Numbered from the stretch's first letter, positions 27,449 to 37,087 are shown. The stretch is 58,050 nucleotides of DNA from an uncultured Sorangium sp. (GCA_964475255.1 CAYYWA010000003.1:1-58050); one strand, 5' to 3'. A program made the numbers and translations. Notes: a model not told the origin generated them from the sequence alone.

Positions 27449-27963
27449 AGGAGCCCCCCGGCCATGGCGCGCATCTCGATCAGCAGGCGCACCGCGTGAG
27501 CGTCCATCGCCTCGCTCCGCGACGACATCCGATCCCGGAGATGCCCGATGGCGCGCTGCAGGATGCGCGACGCCTCACGACGCGTCGGCTCGTTCCGCTC
27601 GATGGCGGCACGGATCGAGCTCGGCAGGGCCGTCACGTTCCAGTCTGCGCGCACGAGCAGGAACTCGTACTCGCCTGCCTGACTCTCGATGCCTACGCAG
27701 CCGCCGTCAACGTCATAGATGAGGTCGCGCACGTCCTGCGTCGGCAACAGCACGATCTCGCGCCCGCTGTCGAACGCGACACGCACGCTCGACGGCGCCA
27801 CCGACACGCTGCGGATGCGCCCGAACGCCGAGAATGCCTCCATCATCGCAAGCGCGATCGGGCATGTGCTGCACGTATTCGCGTCGCCGCTATAGAGGTG
27901 ATCGCGCTCGATCGGCACCGTCACGATCGTCTCGCCCTGCTCATTTAGCTCAAACGTCACCAT
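27445..27963 (-). CDS. Hypothetical protein
   Basis: 172 aa with CPIALA motif; GGGGAG RBS. Confidence 0.65.
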   Translation of the reverse strand: MVTFELNEQGETIVTVPIERDHLYSGDANTCSTCPIALAMMEAFSAFGRIRSVSVAPSSVRVAFDSGREIVLLPTQDVRDLIYDVDGGCVGIESQAGEYEFLLVRADWNVTALPSSIRAAIERNEPTRREASRILQRAIGHLRDRMSSRSEAMDAHAVRLLIEMRAMAGGLL

Positions 27964-28018
27964 GTCGTTGTCTCCCCGTGTGAATGCGCGAGCGTTCAGG
28001 CACGCCCGCCGTCCGTCT

Positions 28019-28231
28019 CTAGTCCCAATCCCTGTACGTCTCGTGCGCGAACTCCGCGCGCTCGCCTGTGTCGGTCCGCTCGGCGACCGCGTCGATCGTG
28101 ACGAAGCCGACGCGGTAGACGCGCTTGTCCATGTAATCGCGCGCCTGCTCGATCGCGTCGTCCATGTTCGCGGCCTCGACCGTGAACGTCCCGTAGTCCT
28201 CAGTACCCGTCGTGATCGTGAATGTCGCCAT
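28019..28231 (-). CDS. Small early protein
   Basis: 70 aa; resembles 28455..28673 (EA..M..AI..AR). Confidence 0.65.
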   Translation of the reverse strand: MATFTITTGTEDYGTFTVEAANMDDAIEQARDYMDKRVYRVGFVTIDAVAERTDTGERAEFAHETYRDWD

Positions 28232-28243
28232 GTCTGCCCCTCC

Positions 28244-28420
28244 TCACAGGCGCGTCGTCATCTCGTCGCGCAGCTCTAGGCAGCTCTCCGCGTGCGCTCG
28301 CAGGGCGGCCGGGTCGTCCTTCGTGTCGATCTTCGCGCCGCACAGGCATTCGCCCGCGTAGCGGCGCAAGTCGCGGATGCCCTCCCGGGTCACCTCTTCT
28401 CGGAACGTCAGTTTGGCCAT
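28244..28420 (-). CDS. Small early protein
   Basis: Manual translation MAKLTFREE...CLCG..., 58 aa, AGGAG RBS. Confidence 0.55.
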   Translation of the reverse strand: MAKLTFREEVTREGIRDLRRYAGECLCGAKIDTKDDPAALRAHAESCLELRDEMTTRL

Positions 28421-28454
28421 CGGTGTGCTCCTGAGGATAATGCCGTGCTCGACG

Positions 28455-28673
28455 TCAGTCCCGCCCGCAATCGATCGTCACTTCGATGACCTCAGCCTCA
28501 CCAGACGCGAGATCCTTGATCCCGACCACCGGCCGGATGATGCCCTGACGCCCGGTCCAGTCGCCCTCCTCGGCCCACTCGCGGGCCATCGCGATCGCCT
28601 CGCGCATATCCTCCGCCTCGAACACGTCCTCGCCGTTGATGCCGCCGTCGATCGTGAACCTGTACTGTCGCAT
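28455..28673 (-). CDS. Small early protein
   Basis: 72-aa acidic ORF. Confidence 0.65.
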   Translation of the reverse strand: MRQYRFTIDGGINGEDVFEAEDMREAIAMAREWAEEGDWTGRQGIIRPVVGIKDLASGEAEVIEVTIDCGRD

Positions 28674-28706
28674 CGTCGTCTGCGTGGGTCTGACACGTCA
28701 CCCCCG

Positions 28707-29315
28707 TTAGGAGGTGACGCTCGCGATCTGATACTCGGCCACGCGGTCGCCGTCCTCGTCCACGACATCGAACCAGCCGAGATCCCCGGCGCCCGTGACG
28801 CGGACGTCATCGCCCCACGTCTCCGCGATCATGTCGTGCAGCCAGCCCTCGGCGTCGGCCGCGCGGAGCGTCGGCGACACGCGGAAGCCGTCCACGTCGA
28901 ATACCGCCGCCGTGGGCTCTCCGCTGAAGTGCTCCTCGGCAGCGACGTCCTCGACGTGGCACCGGCCACACAGGCGATACGTGGAGCCGTCGTGCTCGAC
29001 AGCCTCGGCGCCCTCGGCCCCGCAGTTCTCGCAGGGCCACTCGGGGACGACGACAGGCGCCGCGAGCGTGCCGTAGACGCCGCGCCCGCTCGCGATGCCG
29101 CTCATCGACAGGAGGCGGAACGTGCCGTCCTCGAACGTCTGGAGGAGGTAGGCCGCGCCACGCGCGCCCGTCGCGGCGTACTGCGCCGACACGCCGAGCA
29201 CCCGGCGCGTGTTGTCGCCGACTGCCAGCGCCTCGATGGCATAGCGCGTCTCGCGAGATCCGTTGTTGATGGTGGCCGTCGCATTGTTGATAGTCAGTGT
29301 GTAGCGCATCGTCAT
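28707..29315 (-). CDS. Early protein with central zinc ribbon
   Basis: CENCG...CGRC; first gene after cassette 4. Confidence 0.65.
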   Translation of the reverse strand: MTMRYTLTINNATATINNGSRETRYAIEALAVGDNTRRVLGVSAQYAATGARGAAYLLQTFEDGTFRLLSMSGIASGRGVYGTLAAPVVVPEWPCENCGAEGAEAVEHDGSTYRLCGRCHVEDVAAEEHFSGEPTAAVFDVDGFRVSPTLRAADAEGWLHDMIAETWGDDVRVTGAGDLGWFDVVDEDGDRVAEYQIASVTS

Positions 29316-29322
29316 CTCCTCG

Positions 29323-29384
29323 TGTCGGCCGCGCCGTCATCGGCGCGACAAGGGAATAGTATAACGAACGCTAGAACGTGTCAA
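29323..29384 (-). promoter_or_regulatory. Promoter-hairpin cassette 4 (start of early region)
   Basis: TTGACA-N17-TACTAT, CGTTCGTTATA, hairpin CGCGCCG-ATGA-CGGCGCG. Confidence 0.75.
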
Positions 29385-29450
29385 GCCCCCGAGATCCCGC
29401 GTGTTTTCGCAGGAAATCGAGGGCTTGTCCCCGTGGGCGGATGGGGTGTG

Positions 29451-29771
29451 CTACTCGGACACGGGCGCGGATGGTGCCGTGCCTTCGGGCGGATCGACTG
29501 GCGCCTCGGCCTGCTCCTGCTGTCGCCGCGCTTCCTCCTCGGCCTTGATCTGGTCGTACTCGGCAAGCTGCGCGCGCACGCGCGCCTCGGCCGCGTCGAA
29601 GCCCGCGAGCGCGACCTCATACGAGGCCACATCGACGCCAGCGCCGCGCGCCTGATCGATGACGGCGCGAATGCCCGCGATGAGCGCGCCGATACCCGTG
29701 AGCGCCATCGTTGCGACGGCGATCCCTTCGTTCACGTCCCGGATGCTGCCGACAGCCTTTTCGATGCTCAT
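29451..29771 (-). CDS. Membrane-associated hypothetical protein (lysis-related?)
   Basis: One hydrophobic helix and a coiled C-terminus. Confidence 0.6.
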   Translation of the reverse strand: MSIEKAVGSIRDVNEGIAVATMALTGIGALIAGIRAVIDQARGAGVDVASYEVALAGFDAAEARVRAQLAEYDQIKAEEEARRQQEQAEAPVDPPEGTAPSAPVSE

Positions 29772-29788
29772 ATCGTGTCGCCTTCCTC

Positions 29789-30595
29789 TTACGTGTGGGT
29801 GAGTGCCGCGCCTGCGAACGCCGGGCGACCGCTCTGCATGGCGACCGCCCCTCGCACCTTCGCGAGTTCCAATCTGATCTGCGCGACGAGGGCGTTTACG
29901 CGCGCCTGCGTCGTCGTGATTGCTGTCGCGAGCTCGGCGACGTCGCCTCGTCCGGAGAGCTCCGCATAGGACGCGACGAGCGCGCTAATCGCAGCAGCAA
30001 TGTCGTTCGCGCGAGCGTCCTTCAAGTCAGGCGACGTCAGCGCGTGATAGCTGGCGACGGCCTCGCGTAGCTGCACGGCGCGCGGCAGAACGTGATCGCG
30101 GATGCCTTCGGCGATCGCGTCCGTCGCGGCGTTCGTCCCGTGCTGGCGCGCGTAGTCGTTCACGACGGCCTGCAGATCCGCCGTGAGGTTCAGGACGTCG
30201 CCCGCGTAATCGAGCACGGCCGTCTCCGGCTCGACGTCCACGCCCGCCCGCGAGGCGCACGCGATCGACCCGCCGAGAGCGAGCGCCAGCAGCAGCGCGA
30301 TGACCGGCTTCACGGCCCCGGCGCGATCGTTGACGACGGCCAGCCGCTTGTCACGATCGGCGGCGACCTCGGCCACCACCTCCGTCGTCACGCCCGCTTT
30401 CTGCTGTGTCGCCTCCGACGTGACCTGAGAGCGCGCGAACAGCGCGAGCAACGCGACAATGGCGCCGAGGATCGCGTTGCGCTGATCCTCGCTGATGTCC
30501 ACGCCATAGGAGACGAGGAGCGTGATGACAGCGCCGATCGCCGTCGTGACGAGTACGGGCTCCGTCTTGAACCCGGGCAAGATAGGGATCTTCAT
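29789..30595 (-). CDS. Holin-like N-terminus fused to a lipoprotein-like domain
   Basis: EPV...LLVSYG...S.DQ..AI...RSQVT two-TM holin pattern, then KPVIALLLALALGGSIAC lipobox-like segment. Confidence 0.6.
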   Translation of the reverse strand: MKIPILPGFKTEPVLVTTAIGAVITLLVSYGVDISEDQRNAILGAIVALLALFARSQVTSEATQQKAGVTTEVVAEVAADRDKRLAVVNDRAGAVKPVIALLLALALGGSIACASRAGVDVEPETAVLDYAGDVLNLTADLQAVVNDYARQHGTNAATDAIAEGIRDHVLPRAVQLREAVASYHALTSPDLKDARANDIAAAISALVASYAELSGRGDVAELATAITTTQARVNALVAQIRLELAKVRGAVAMQSGRPAFAGAALTHT

Positions 30596-30621
30596 GGCTT
30601 CATAGTCTCCTGTGAGTTGGC

Positions 30622-33432
30622 TTACGTGTCCGCGACGATGTCCACGTCGAGGGCGCGCGGGAGCGTCTGCCCGTCTGACGTGGTGATGATGTTTCGCACC
30701 CGGTCCCGCTGCCCGAGTGTGCCGCCCGCGACGAGCACGGACGTCCGCAGCCCGTCATGCGCCGTCAGATCGCCGACGAGCGCGACGTCGGCTCCGGCCT
30801 CGGCCTCCCATGTGCTCGTGAGGATCGTCGCGCCCTGCGATCGCAGCCTCGGCGACCAGTCCACGCCGATCCGCTGGATCGCGTCGGCTCGCTTCGGGAT
30901 TCGCTTGATCACGCCCACCATGACACTGTACCCCCAGACCTCATCGCGCCAATCCTCGACGACATGCACCTCAGCCCGCCACGGCGCCCGGTCGAAGCCC
31001 GGCCCGGCTGGCGCGTAGAGCGCCGCCAGCGCGTCTGACGCGCCGACAATCGACCCCGCGAGCGAGATGCCCGTCTGCAGGCTCCCGGATGCCGCCGCAG
31101 CGCCACTGACGGCGCCCTGTAGCCCCGAACCTGTCGCGAGCGATGCCGTGGCCGTCGCCGTGCCCGCAATCGCCCCTGCGAGCGTGACGGCCGTCGAGAG
31201 CGTGCCCTGTACCTGCGCCGCGCCCGCCACCGTCGCCGCCAGCGCGACCGCCGTCACGAGATCCGCTGTCGCCGTCGAGCCCCCGGCGACCGATCCGGCG
31301 AGCGTCGTCGGCGCGTCGAGCGTCGCCTGCACGGCCGAGGTGCCCGCGACCTGTCCGGCGAGCCTGATCGCCGTCTGGAGTGCCCCTGTAACGGCCGCAG
31401 CGCCCGCGACAGACGCCGACAGGCGGATCGCCGTGTCGAGGGCTGCCGAGGCTGCACTCGCGCCGGACGCCTGCCCAGATAGCATCACGTCGCCCGTGGC
31501 AGACACCATCGCCGCTGGGGCCGTGACGGCGGCCTCGCCCGTGGTGCTCAGGTCATCGTGCGGCGTGGCGGCGATGATCTCGTAGTCCGCGCGGCTGTCG
31601 AACGCGAACGGAATGAGGGGCTGTGCCGCCTGACCCATGAACACGTAGGCGCCGCCCGCGCCGTCATCGACCTCGTCGATGACCCACAGATCGAACTGAT
31701 GCGCCGCCGCCGCCCGCTGTCCGCTCGTCAGCCGATAAGCGATGGGCGGCGGATTGATCGACGCGCTGTCACGGATCTGGAAGGCGGCCGACTGCGTCGC
31801 GCCCTCCGTGATCTTGGCGGCGATGGCCGTGGCCCGCTCCGAGGCGATGTCGTCGCGATGCTCCGCGTGGTACGCCAGCACGGACTCAAGCACGATGCGC
31901 TGCTGATAGACCCGCTGGACGGCCCCCTCGATGTTGGTCCCCGGCCGACGCACCTCCGACAGCAGCGTGACGGCGTAGCGGAGCCCGCCGACCGTCCGCA
32001 GGAGCCGCGTGTCCGTCGAGGTCGCGTAGGTCTGCGGCGTGTATCCAGCGGCCGTGACGGCGGCCTCTGCGGCGGTCTTTAGCGCCGCAGAGTGCGTCCG
32101 GATCGAGGCGGGCACCTGCGGATTGTGCGCGCGGGCGAAATGCACCTCGGACGGGACGATGGTGCCGTCCTCGTGCTGGTCGATCAGGACGTGCGGCTGG
32201 TAATCCCGGATGACGGCGTGGATGGCGCGCACCTCGGGCTGTGACAGCGCGAGGTGCTCGCGATTGAGGTCCTTGCCGTTGCTGTTCTCGCGGTCCACCC
32301 CGAGTTGGTCGGGATTGATCGACGGCATGAACAGCCACGCCGTGTCCTGCAGGTACGCGATGGTGTCTGCATCATCCGTCAGCGCGAGGTTGCGCAACAT
32401 CTGCAACCCGGCCTCACGCCCGCTCGGCTCGTTGCCGTGCTGCTGCGCGACGACCAGCACTGTGCCAGCGGTCGGCGCCTCTGGGCCGACGCGGACGAGG
32501 TGGATCGGGTTGCCGTTGACGGACGTGCCGACCACGCTGTGCGTCATCCGTCCGCCAGACGCGGCCTCGACCGCTGCGAGGAAGTCCGCTAGCTCGCTGA
32601 CGCTCGTCCATGCCGTCCCGCCGTTGATCTCGAAGGCGGACAGCACCGGCCACGTCGTGCCCTCAGCACTGACCGTCGCGGCAGGTGCGGTGACAGCGGC
32701 CGTGCCCGTCGTGCCGAGGGCATCCGCCGCGTAGACTCGGGCCGCAGGCGCGACCGCGTCGACCGTGCCGGTAATCGGCGGGCCTGCTGGCGCCGCATCG
32801 CCGCCCGTGCCGACGGAGAAGATGTCGACGTCGACGGTCACGTCGGTCGACGGGAACAGCAGTCCGACCCAGCCCGCCGACGAAAGCGACGAGTCGGTGT
32901 AGGTCGCATCCCACGTCCCCGGCTCATCCCCGAGCGCCCCCGACCAGCGGCGGACGCGCTGCGTGCTGCCCACGTACTGGATACGCGCCCAATACCACGT
33001 GCCCGCCGACCACGCTTTCTCTTCGAAGAGCCCGGTCGTGAAGGCGCCAGAGACGTACTTGCTGATGCCGACGAACCCGACGCGACTGATCCCCATCCTG
33101 ATGGGGAGCGCGTTGTAGCCACTCTCACTGCTGGCTGCGCCGCTTGCGCGGGCCGTGACGCCAAAGACCTGCGTGTTACTGGGCCGCGCGCTGGCCCGCA
33201 CCCGCACGAGGATGTCGAGCGTCGCGCGACCTGCATCGCCGTCGATCGCGTCCCACGAGAGCAGCGACCGCGCACCACTCGACGCGCGGACACCACGCAG
33301 ATACTTCCCGCCCGTCGCGCCGACCTCCTCGCGCACCTCATACGTCACGCCGGACGTGACCCAGCGCGCCGTCCAGTCAGACGGAGCCGCGCTGGTCGTG
33401 TACTCAGAGAAGTCGGTGTAATACTGAGCCAT
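30622..33432 (-). CDS. Large tail/fibre-associated protein: lectin-like domain + M14 zinc carboxypeptidase + Ala/Gly repeats + adaptor-like C-terminus
   Basis: QHGNEPSG, NPD, RENSNGKDLNR, DQHE; repeats like LAGSVAGAA.A.A.L. Confidence 0.75.
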   Translation of the reverse strand: MAQYYTDFSEYTTSAAPSDWTARWVTSGVTYEVREEVGATGGKYLRGVRASSGARSLLSWDAIDGDAGRATLDILVRVRASARPSNTQVFGVTARASGAASSESGYNALPIRMGISRVGFVGISKYVSGAFTTGLFEEKAWSAGTWYWARIQYVGSTQRVRRWSGALGDEPGTWDATYTDSSLSSAGWVGLLFPSTDVTVDVDIFSVGTGGDAAPAGPPITGTVDAVAPAARVYAADALGTTGTAAVTAPAATVSAEGTTWPVLSAFEINGGTAWTSVSELADFLAAVEAASGGRMTHSVVGTSVNGNPIHLVRVGPEAPTAGTVLVVAQQHGNEPSGREAGLQMLRNLALTDDADTIAYLQDTAWLFMPSINPDQLGVDRENSNGKDLNREHLALSQPEVRAIHAVIRDYQPHVLIDQHEDGTIVPSEVHFARAHNPQVPASIRTHSAALKTAAEAAVTAAGYTPQTYATSTDTRLLRTVGGLRYAVTLLSEVRRPGTNIEGAVQRVYQQRIVLESVLAYHAEHRDDIASERATAIAAKITEGATQSAAFQIRDSASINPPPIAYRLTSGQRAAAAHQFDLWVIDEVDDGAGGAYVFMGQAAQPLIPFAFDSRADYEIIAATPHDDLSTTGEAAVTAPAAMVSATGDVMLSGQASGASAASAALDTAIRLSASVAGAAAVTGALQTAIRLAGQVAGTSAVQATLDAPTTLAGSVAGGSTATADLVTAVALAATVAGAAQVQGTLSTAVTLAGAIAGTATATASLATGSGLQGAVSGAAAASGSLQTGISLAGSIVGASDALAALYAPAGPGFDRAPWRAEVHVVEDWRDEVWGYSVMVGVIKRIPKRADAIQRIGVDWSPRLRSQGATILTSTWEAEAGADVALVGDLTAHDGLRTSVLVAGGTLGQRDRVRNIITTSDGQTLPRALDVDIVADT

Positions 33433-33532
33433 CAGCAGTCGGGGCCGGAGAATACGTCGAGGCTGAGGTCGAGGCCGCCTTGGCGGACCTCGGCCTCATG
33501 CGGCGCGTGGGCGACCATGTGTAACCTCGCGC

Positions 33533-33901
33533 TTACGATGCCGGGATGGTGAACGTGAACGACGTGATCGTCACCGGCTGCGTCGCCACGATCGAGGTCG
33601 ACACCAGCTCCATGTCGCCGCCGCCGCCCAAAGCCGTGACTGTGCCGCCGAACACCGGGTTGCCTTCACTGTCCTTGCAGATGAACTTTGCCGCCGTGCC
33701 GGTCGCGTCGGCGCTGCTGTCCGGCGTGATGGCTTCCGCTGTCGCCGTGCCGTTGCTGGACGCGCCGAAGGCGGGCGTGCCGAACGGCAGCACGGCCAGC
33801 ACCGTATCGTCGCTCTCCTGAATCTCGATGGTCCCGCCATCGAGCAGACCCACAATCGCATCGCACGCGGCATTCCGCGCGTTAGTCTCCAATGTCGCCA
33901 T
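33533..33901 (-). CDS. Phage tail fibre adaptor-like protein
   Basis: RNAACDAI..LL.GG, A...GTA..F, V.ITSFT.T.P. Confidence 0.65.
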   Translation of the reverse strand: MATLETNARNAACDAIVGLLDGGTIEIQESDDTVLAVLPFGTPAFGASSNGTATAEAITPDSSADATGTAAKFICKDSEGNPVFGGTVTALGGGGDMELVSTSIVATQPVTITSFTFTIPAS

Positions 33902-33931
33902 CAGATTTACTCCTCCAGTGCTTGCCTTGTC

Positions 33932-36535
33932 TTAGTCGCCGACGTCGATCGTGAGCAGGACTTGCGTCTCCTCGCCCTCAGCATTGACGAGCGTCGCGAG
34001 GAACTGATGCCGCCCCGCGAGGAGCTCAATGCCCGTGATGTCGCCGACAGCCGCGCCCGCGTCGCGAATGTCCGTGGTGCCCGCCGACTCGATCCGCAGC
34101 GCCGAGGCATTGTGCGCCACCAGCGCGACGCTCGCGCAGAAGTCGGCGCCCGGCTCACACATCGTCGTGGACACCGAGAGGTGAGGCACCGCCACATCGA
34201 CAGGCGGCTCGCCGGGATCGGTCGGCTCCTCCGGGTCTGTCGGCTCCTCGGGCTCGCCCGGATCAGTCGGTTCCTCAGGGTCGGGAGGCGTCACGATGGG
34301 CGGGACCGGAGGCGGCTCGCCCTCATACGTGGGCACCGTGATCTCCTCCGTGAGCGGACACATGATCGCGTTGTTCGACAGCGGCGCGATCATGCTGCAC
34401 GGCGCGAGCTCGCCGCCCCGAGGTGTCGTGTCCTGCCCCGGCCAGTAGACGCGGAACCGCTGCGTTGGATCGCCGTTGTGGCCGAGCACGTAAAGCTGAA
34501 GGCGCCGGTCGGCCTGCGGCGACCCGTACACGAGCGACCAGTCGTAGTGCTCGCCGTCATACTTCGGGCGCCGCGTGGCGATGTCGCCATGCGTCACGTC
34601 CACGAGATAGACCTGACGATCGCTGTTGTCGTGCGCCTCTGGCGTGTTGCGGACGCGGACATTCACGAGCCCGCGCAAGAGGCCATGCTCGACCACGAAC
34701 GGCGCGTAGCCGTCGCGTGATTCACTCGTCTCGCTCGGCACATCGAGGGCCGTGTTGAAGCCCTGAATATCCGCGTATTCGAGCTTCGTCTGATACGAGG
34801 CGCGCTGATTGAGGAACCCGATCCCCCGGTTCATCACGAACTTGCTCGCCCTCGTGGAGCCTGTCAGTCCGCGCACGTCGCCACGAAGCACTGTGTTGAA
34901 CAGCGTCAGATTGTGCGCGATGTAGAGATCAACGCCGTTGTACTCGCAATTCCAGCCCACGACGTTCCACATGACCGAGCGCGCCTGCGACTTCGGCGCG
35001 GGCTCGCCGAGGCTCCACACGTTGAACGCGCCATCGCGGCAGCAGTACGCCTCATTGTTGTCCCACTGCAGGAACGGCTGGCGCCGCATCTCCACGATCT
35101 CGACGTGCTCATCGTCGTGCAGATCCGCGCCTCGGAACTTCGGCACGCGCACCGTCTTGGGGAGCGATCCGCCGTCCATGTCCTGCATGAAGATGGAGTA
35201 GCCCCACGCGCCGTTGCACGCGACGTTGTTCGTGACGATGTTCGTGGGCTGATGGAACCAGAACGGATCGCTCGCGCGCCCGTCCTTGAAGTCGGTGCTG
35301 TTGCCGCCCTTGATGTCGAACGCGAAATTGCGATCGAACACGTTGTAGGACTCGCTCCCGTCCTCCGTGCCGATGCCCCACCCGAGGCCGTCGTACACCA
35401 CATTGTGCTGGACGAGCCCGTAGTGCGTCGCGTGAACGGCAATCGGCCACTTACGCGAGTGATGCACGCTGTTGCCGATGAGGATGAACTGGAACCCTTC
35501 GTCATCGGGGTTCTGCGGCCCCATCAGGTGATGCAGATGCAGGCTGTAGCGCCCGATCTGATTCGTGCCGATGCGCGCGACAGACCCGTCAGCGTTGAAC
35601 GTCGTGCTGTGCAGGGCTGATAGCGTCGTGCGGCCCATGTGCGCGTTTTCGACGTAGCGCATGTCGACGTCAGCACGATGCGACGCGAGGAGGTGGCCGC
35701 GCGTGCCTGACGGGTTCTCGCTCGCGATCAGCACGTTGCGCGTCGCGTTCGCCGCATAGGGCATCAGCAGGCGCGGCTCCGTCCACTCGCCCGCCACCGG
35801 ATCATAGCGGCGGAACTGCGTAGGCGTCACGCCGTCGGCGTCATAGGCGCACGGGTGATTCCGCTTGAGCGCGCCATCGAGCGTGACGACCGTGCCGTCA
35901 TCCGAGATGGATGCCACGCGGAACGTCTCACGCCCGCGACTGCCGAGGCTCGCGCCAAGCTGTTCACTGTTAGGGATCTCGATGACGTCGCCGACGCGCC
36001 AGCCGACAACCGCCGAGGCGAACGTGAGCGTGCGGTCGCCCTTCTTCGGCTCGACTGCGACGCGCGCAAACGTCGTCTTGCCCGCGCCGTACCAGCGCAC
36101 GCGCCCGAGCAGGATGATCCCGGTTCCGTACTGCTCGGGGTCGAACGTGGTATCGATCGGCACGTCTCGCACGATGATCTCGCAGCGGCGATCCGGCGCA
36201 TCGGCCATCGGGATCGACCACTCGCCCTGCGGCATCAGGAGCGCCGTGCCGACACTGAGGCGCGTGTCGCGCGCCCGTGAATGCGTGAGCGTCCCGTGGA
36301 TGGTCAGGGCGTATGCGACGGCGTCCGTGGTGTCCACCTCGACGGCACGCCCATCGGGGATATTCACCACGTCCTCGCCTGTCGGCACGCGCCCTGACCA
36401 TGTGGCCGGGTTGCTCCATGCACCGCTCGCGACAGGCTCGATGACCTGACGCCCCGGTGCCGCGCCGAAGTACGGGATACGGTGCGGCAGCGGATCAAGC
36501 GCCGGACTGTCGTGATGTTCGTGACCCTCGTGCAT
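33932..36535 (-). CDS. G8-domain + parallel beta-helix protein (putative polysaccharide depolymerase)
   Basis: SGAWSNPATW.G.VP...D.V.IP, NATRNVLI.SENP.G.RGH, QIGRYSLHLH, G.GTEDGSE; EEPTDPGEP repeats. Confidence 0.8.
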   Translation of the reverse strand: MHEGHEHHDSPALDPLPHRIPYFGAAPGRQVIEPVASGAWSNPATWSGRVPTGEDVVNIPDGRAVEVDTTDAVAYALTIHGTLTHSRARDTRLSVGTALLMPQGEWSIPMADAPDRRCEIIVRDVPIDTTFDPEQYGTGIILLGRVRWYGAGKTTFARVAVEPKKGDRTLTFASAVVGWRVGDVIEIPNSEQLGASLGSRGRETFRVASISDDGTVVTLDGALKRNHPCAYDADGVTPTQFRRYDPVAGEWTEPRLLMPYAANATRNVLIASENPSGTRGHLLASHRADVDMRYVENAHMGRTTLSALHSTTFNADGSVARIGTNQIGRYSLHLHHLMGPQNPDDEGFQFILIGNSVHHSRKWPIAVHATHYGLVQHNVVYDGLGWGIGTEDGSESYNVFDRNFAFDIKGGNSTDFKDGRASDPFWFHQPTNIVTNNVACNGAWGYSIFMQDMDGGSLPKTVRVPKFRGADLHDDEHVEIVEMRRQPFLQWDNNEAYCCRDGAFNVWSLGEPAPKSQARSVMWNVVGWNCEYNGVDLYIAHNLTLFNTVLRGDVRGLTGSTRASKFVMNRGIGFLNQRASYQTKLEYADIQGFNTALDVPSETSESRDGYAPFVVEHGLLRGLVNVRVRNTPEAHDNSDRQVYLVDVTHGDIATRRPKYDGEHYDWSLVYGSPQADRRLQLYVLGHNGDPTQRFRVYWPGQDTTPRGGELAPCSMIAPLSNNAIMCPLTEEITVPTYEGEPPPVPPIVTPPDPEEPTDPGEPEEPTDPEEPTDPGEPPVDVAVPHLSVSTTMCEPGADFCASVALVAHNASALRIESAGTTDIRDAGAAVGDITGIELLAGRHQFLATLVNAEGEETQVLLTIDVGD

Positions 36536-36555
36536 AGAGCCTCCCGAGATGGAAC

Positions 36556-36603
36556 GGCGCGTCAACGCGCCGAAGATTAGGACTGGTGTCCAGCGTGGCT
36601 CAA
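36556..36603 (-). promoter_or_regulatory. Putative promoter with palindromic operator at the start site
   Basis: TTGAGC-N18-TAATCT then GGCGCGTTGACYCGCC-class palindrome (36556-36571). Confidence 0.45.
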
Positions 36604-36635
36604 ATTCCAACGGGCGCACGCCGTTGGGCCACCGC

Positions 36636-37067
36636 TTACGACTCCGTGACGACGAGCGAGCCTGCGGGGAACGACGGCGCCGGGTCGCCGTTGTTGATCG
36701 TCTTGGGCGCCGTCAACGCGCCCTGATACAGCAGGTTGCCGGACGTGGCCGCATCGAAGATGCCGAAGTGCGTCGCCGTGCCCCAATTCGCTGTCGGCGC
36801 CGGGAACGCGATCGTCTGCAGGTTCGACGTCTGCCCCGAGGTGCCCGTGCTGGCCCCGGTGCCGCTGTTCTGCGTGTTGCGCCAGTTGGCACTATCCGCG
36901 TCCGACTCAGCCCTCGCGTAGCTGCCGCCTGTGACCTCTGTGCCGCCGCCAGCGTCGGACGGCGCGCCGGTGAACAGGCCGATGTAGACCTTGCTCGGCG
37001 GCGTGAAAGCCAGCCCCCGGAATACCATGTCGATGATCGCGTTTTCGAGATAGTCGCTCTTTGCCAC
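36636..37067 (-). CDS. Phage tail fibre-like protein
   Basis: SDYLEN, YIGLFT..P.D.GGGTEV.GGSYAR, I.FP.PTANWGT.THFGIFDAATSGNLL. Confidence 0.8.
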   Translation of the reverse strand: MAKSDYLENAIIDMVFRGLAFTPPSKVYIGLFTGAPSDAGGGTEVTGGSYARAESDADSANWRNTQNSGTGASTGTSGQTSNLQTIAFPAPTANWGTATHFGIFDAATSGNLLYQGALTAPKTINNGDPAPSFPAGSLVVTES

Positions 37068-37087
37068 GTCTCACTCCTCCGAAAGTG

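Noticed and set aside
29363-29378. GTTC repeats as a LexA box
   Set aside because: Spacing fits neither GTTC-N7-GTTC nor GAAC-N4-GTTC, and the pattern occurs in only one cassette
34200-34330. Tandem DNA repeats in the G8 gene (and at 31050-31500)
   Set aside because: Protein-level linker/shaft repeats with diverged codons, not DNA elements
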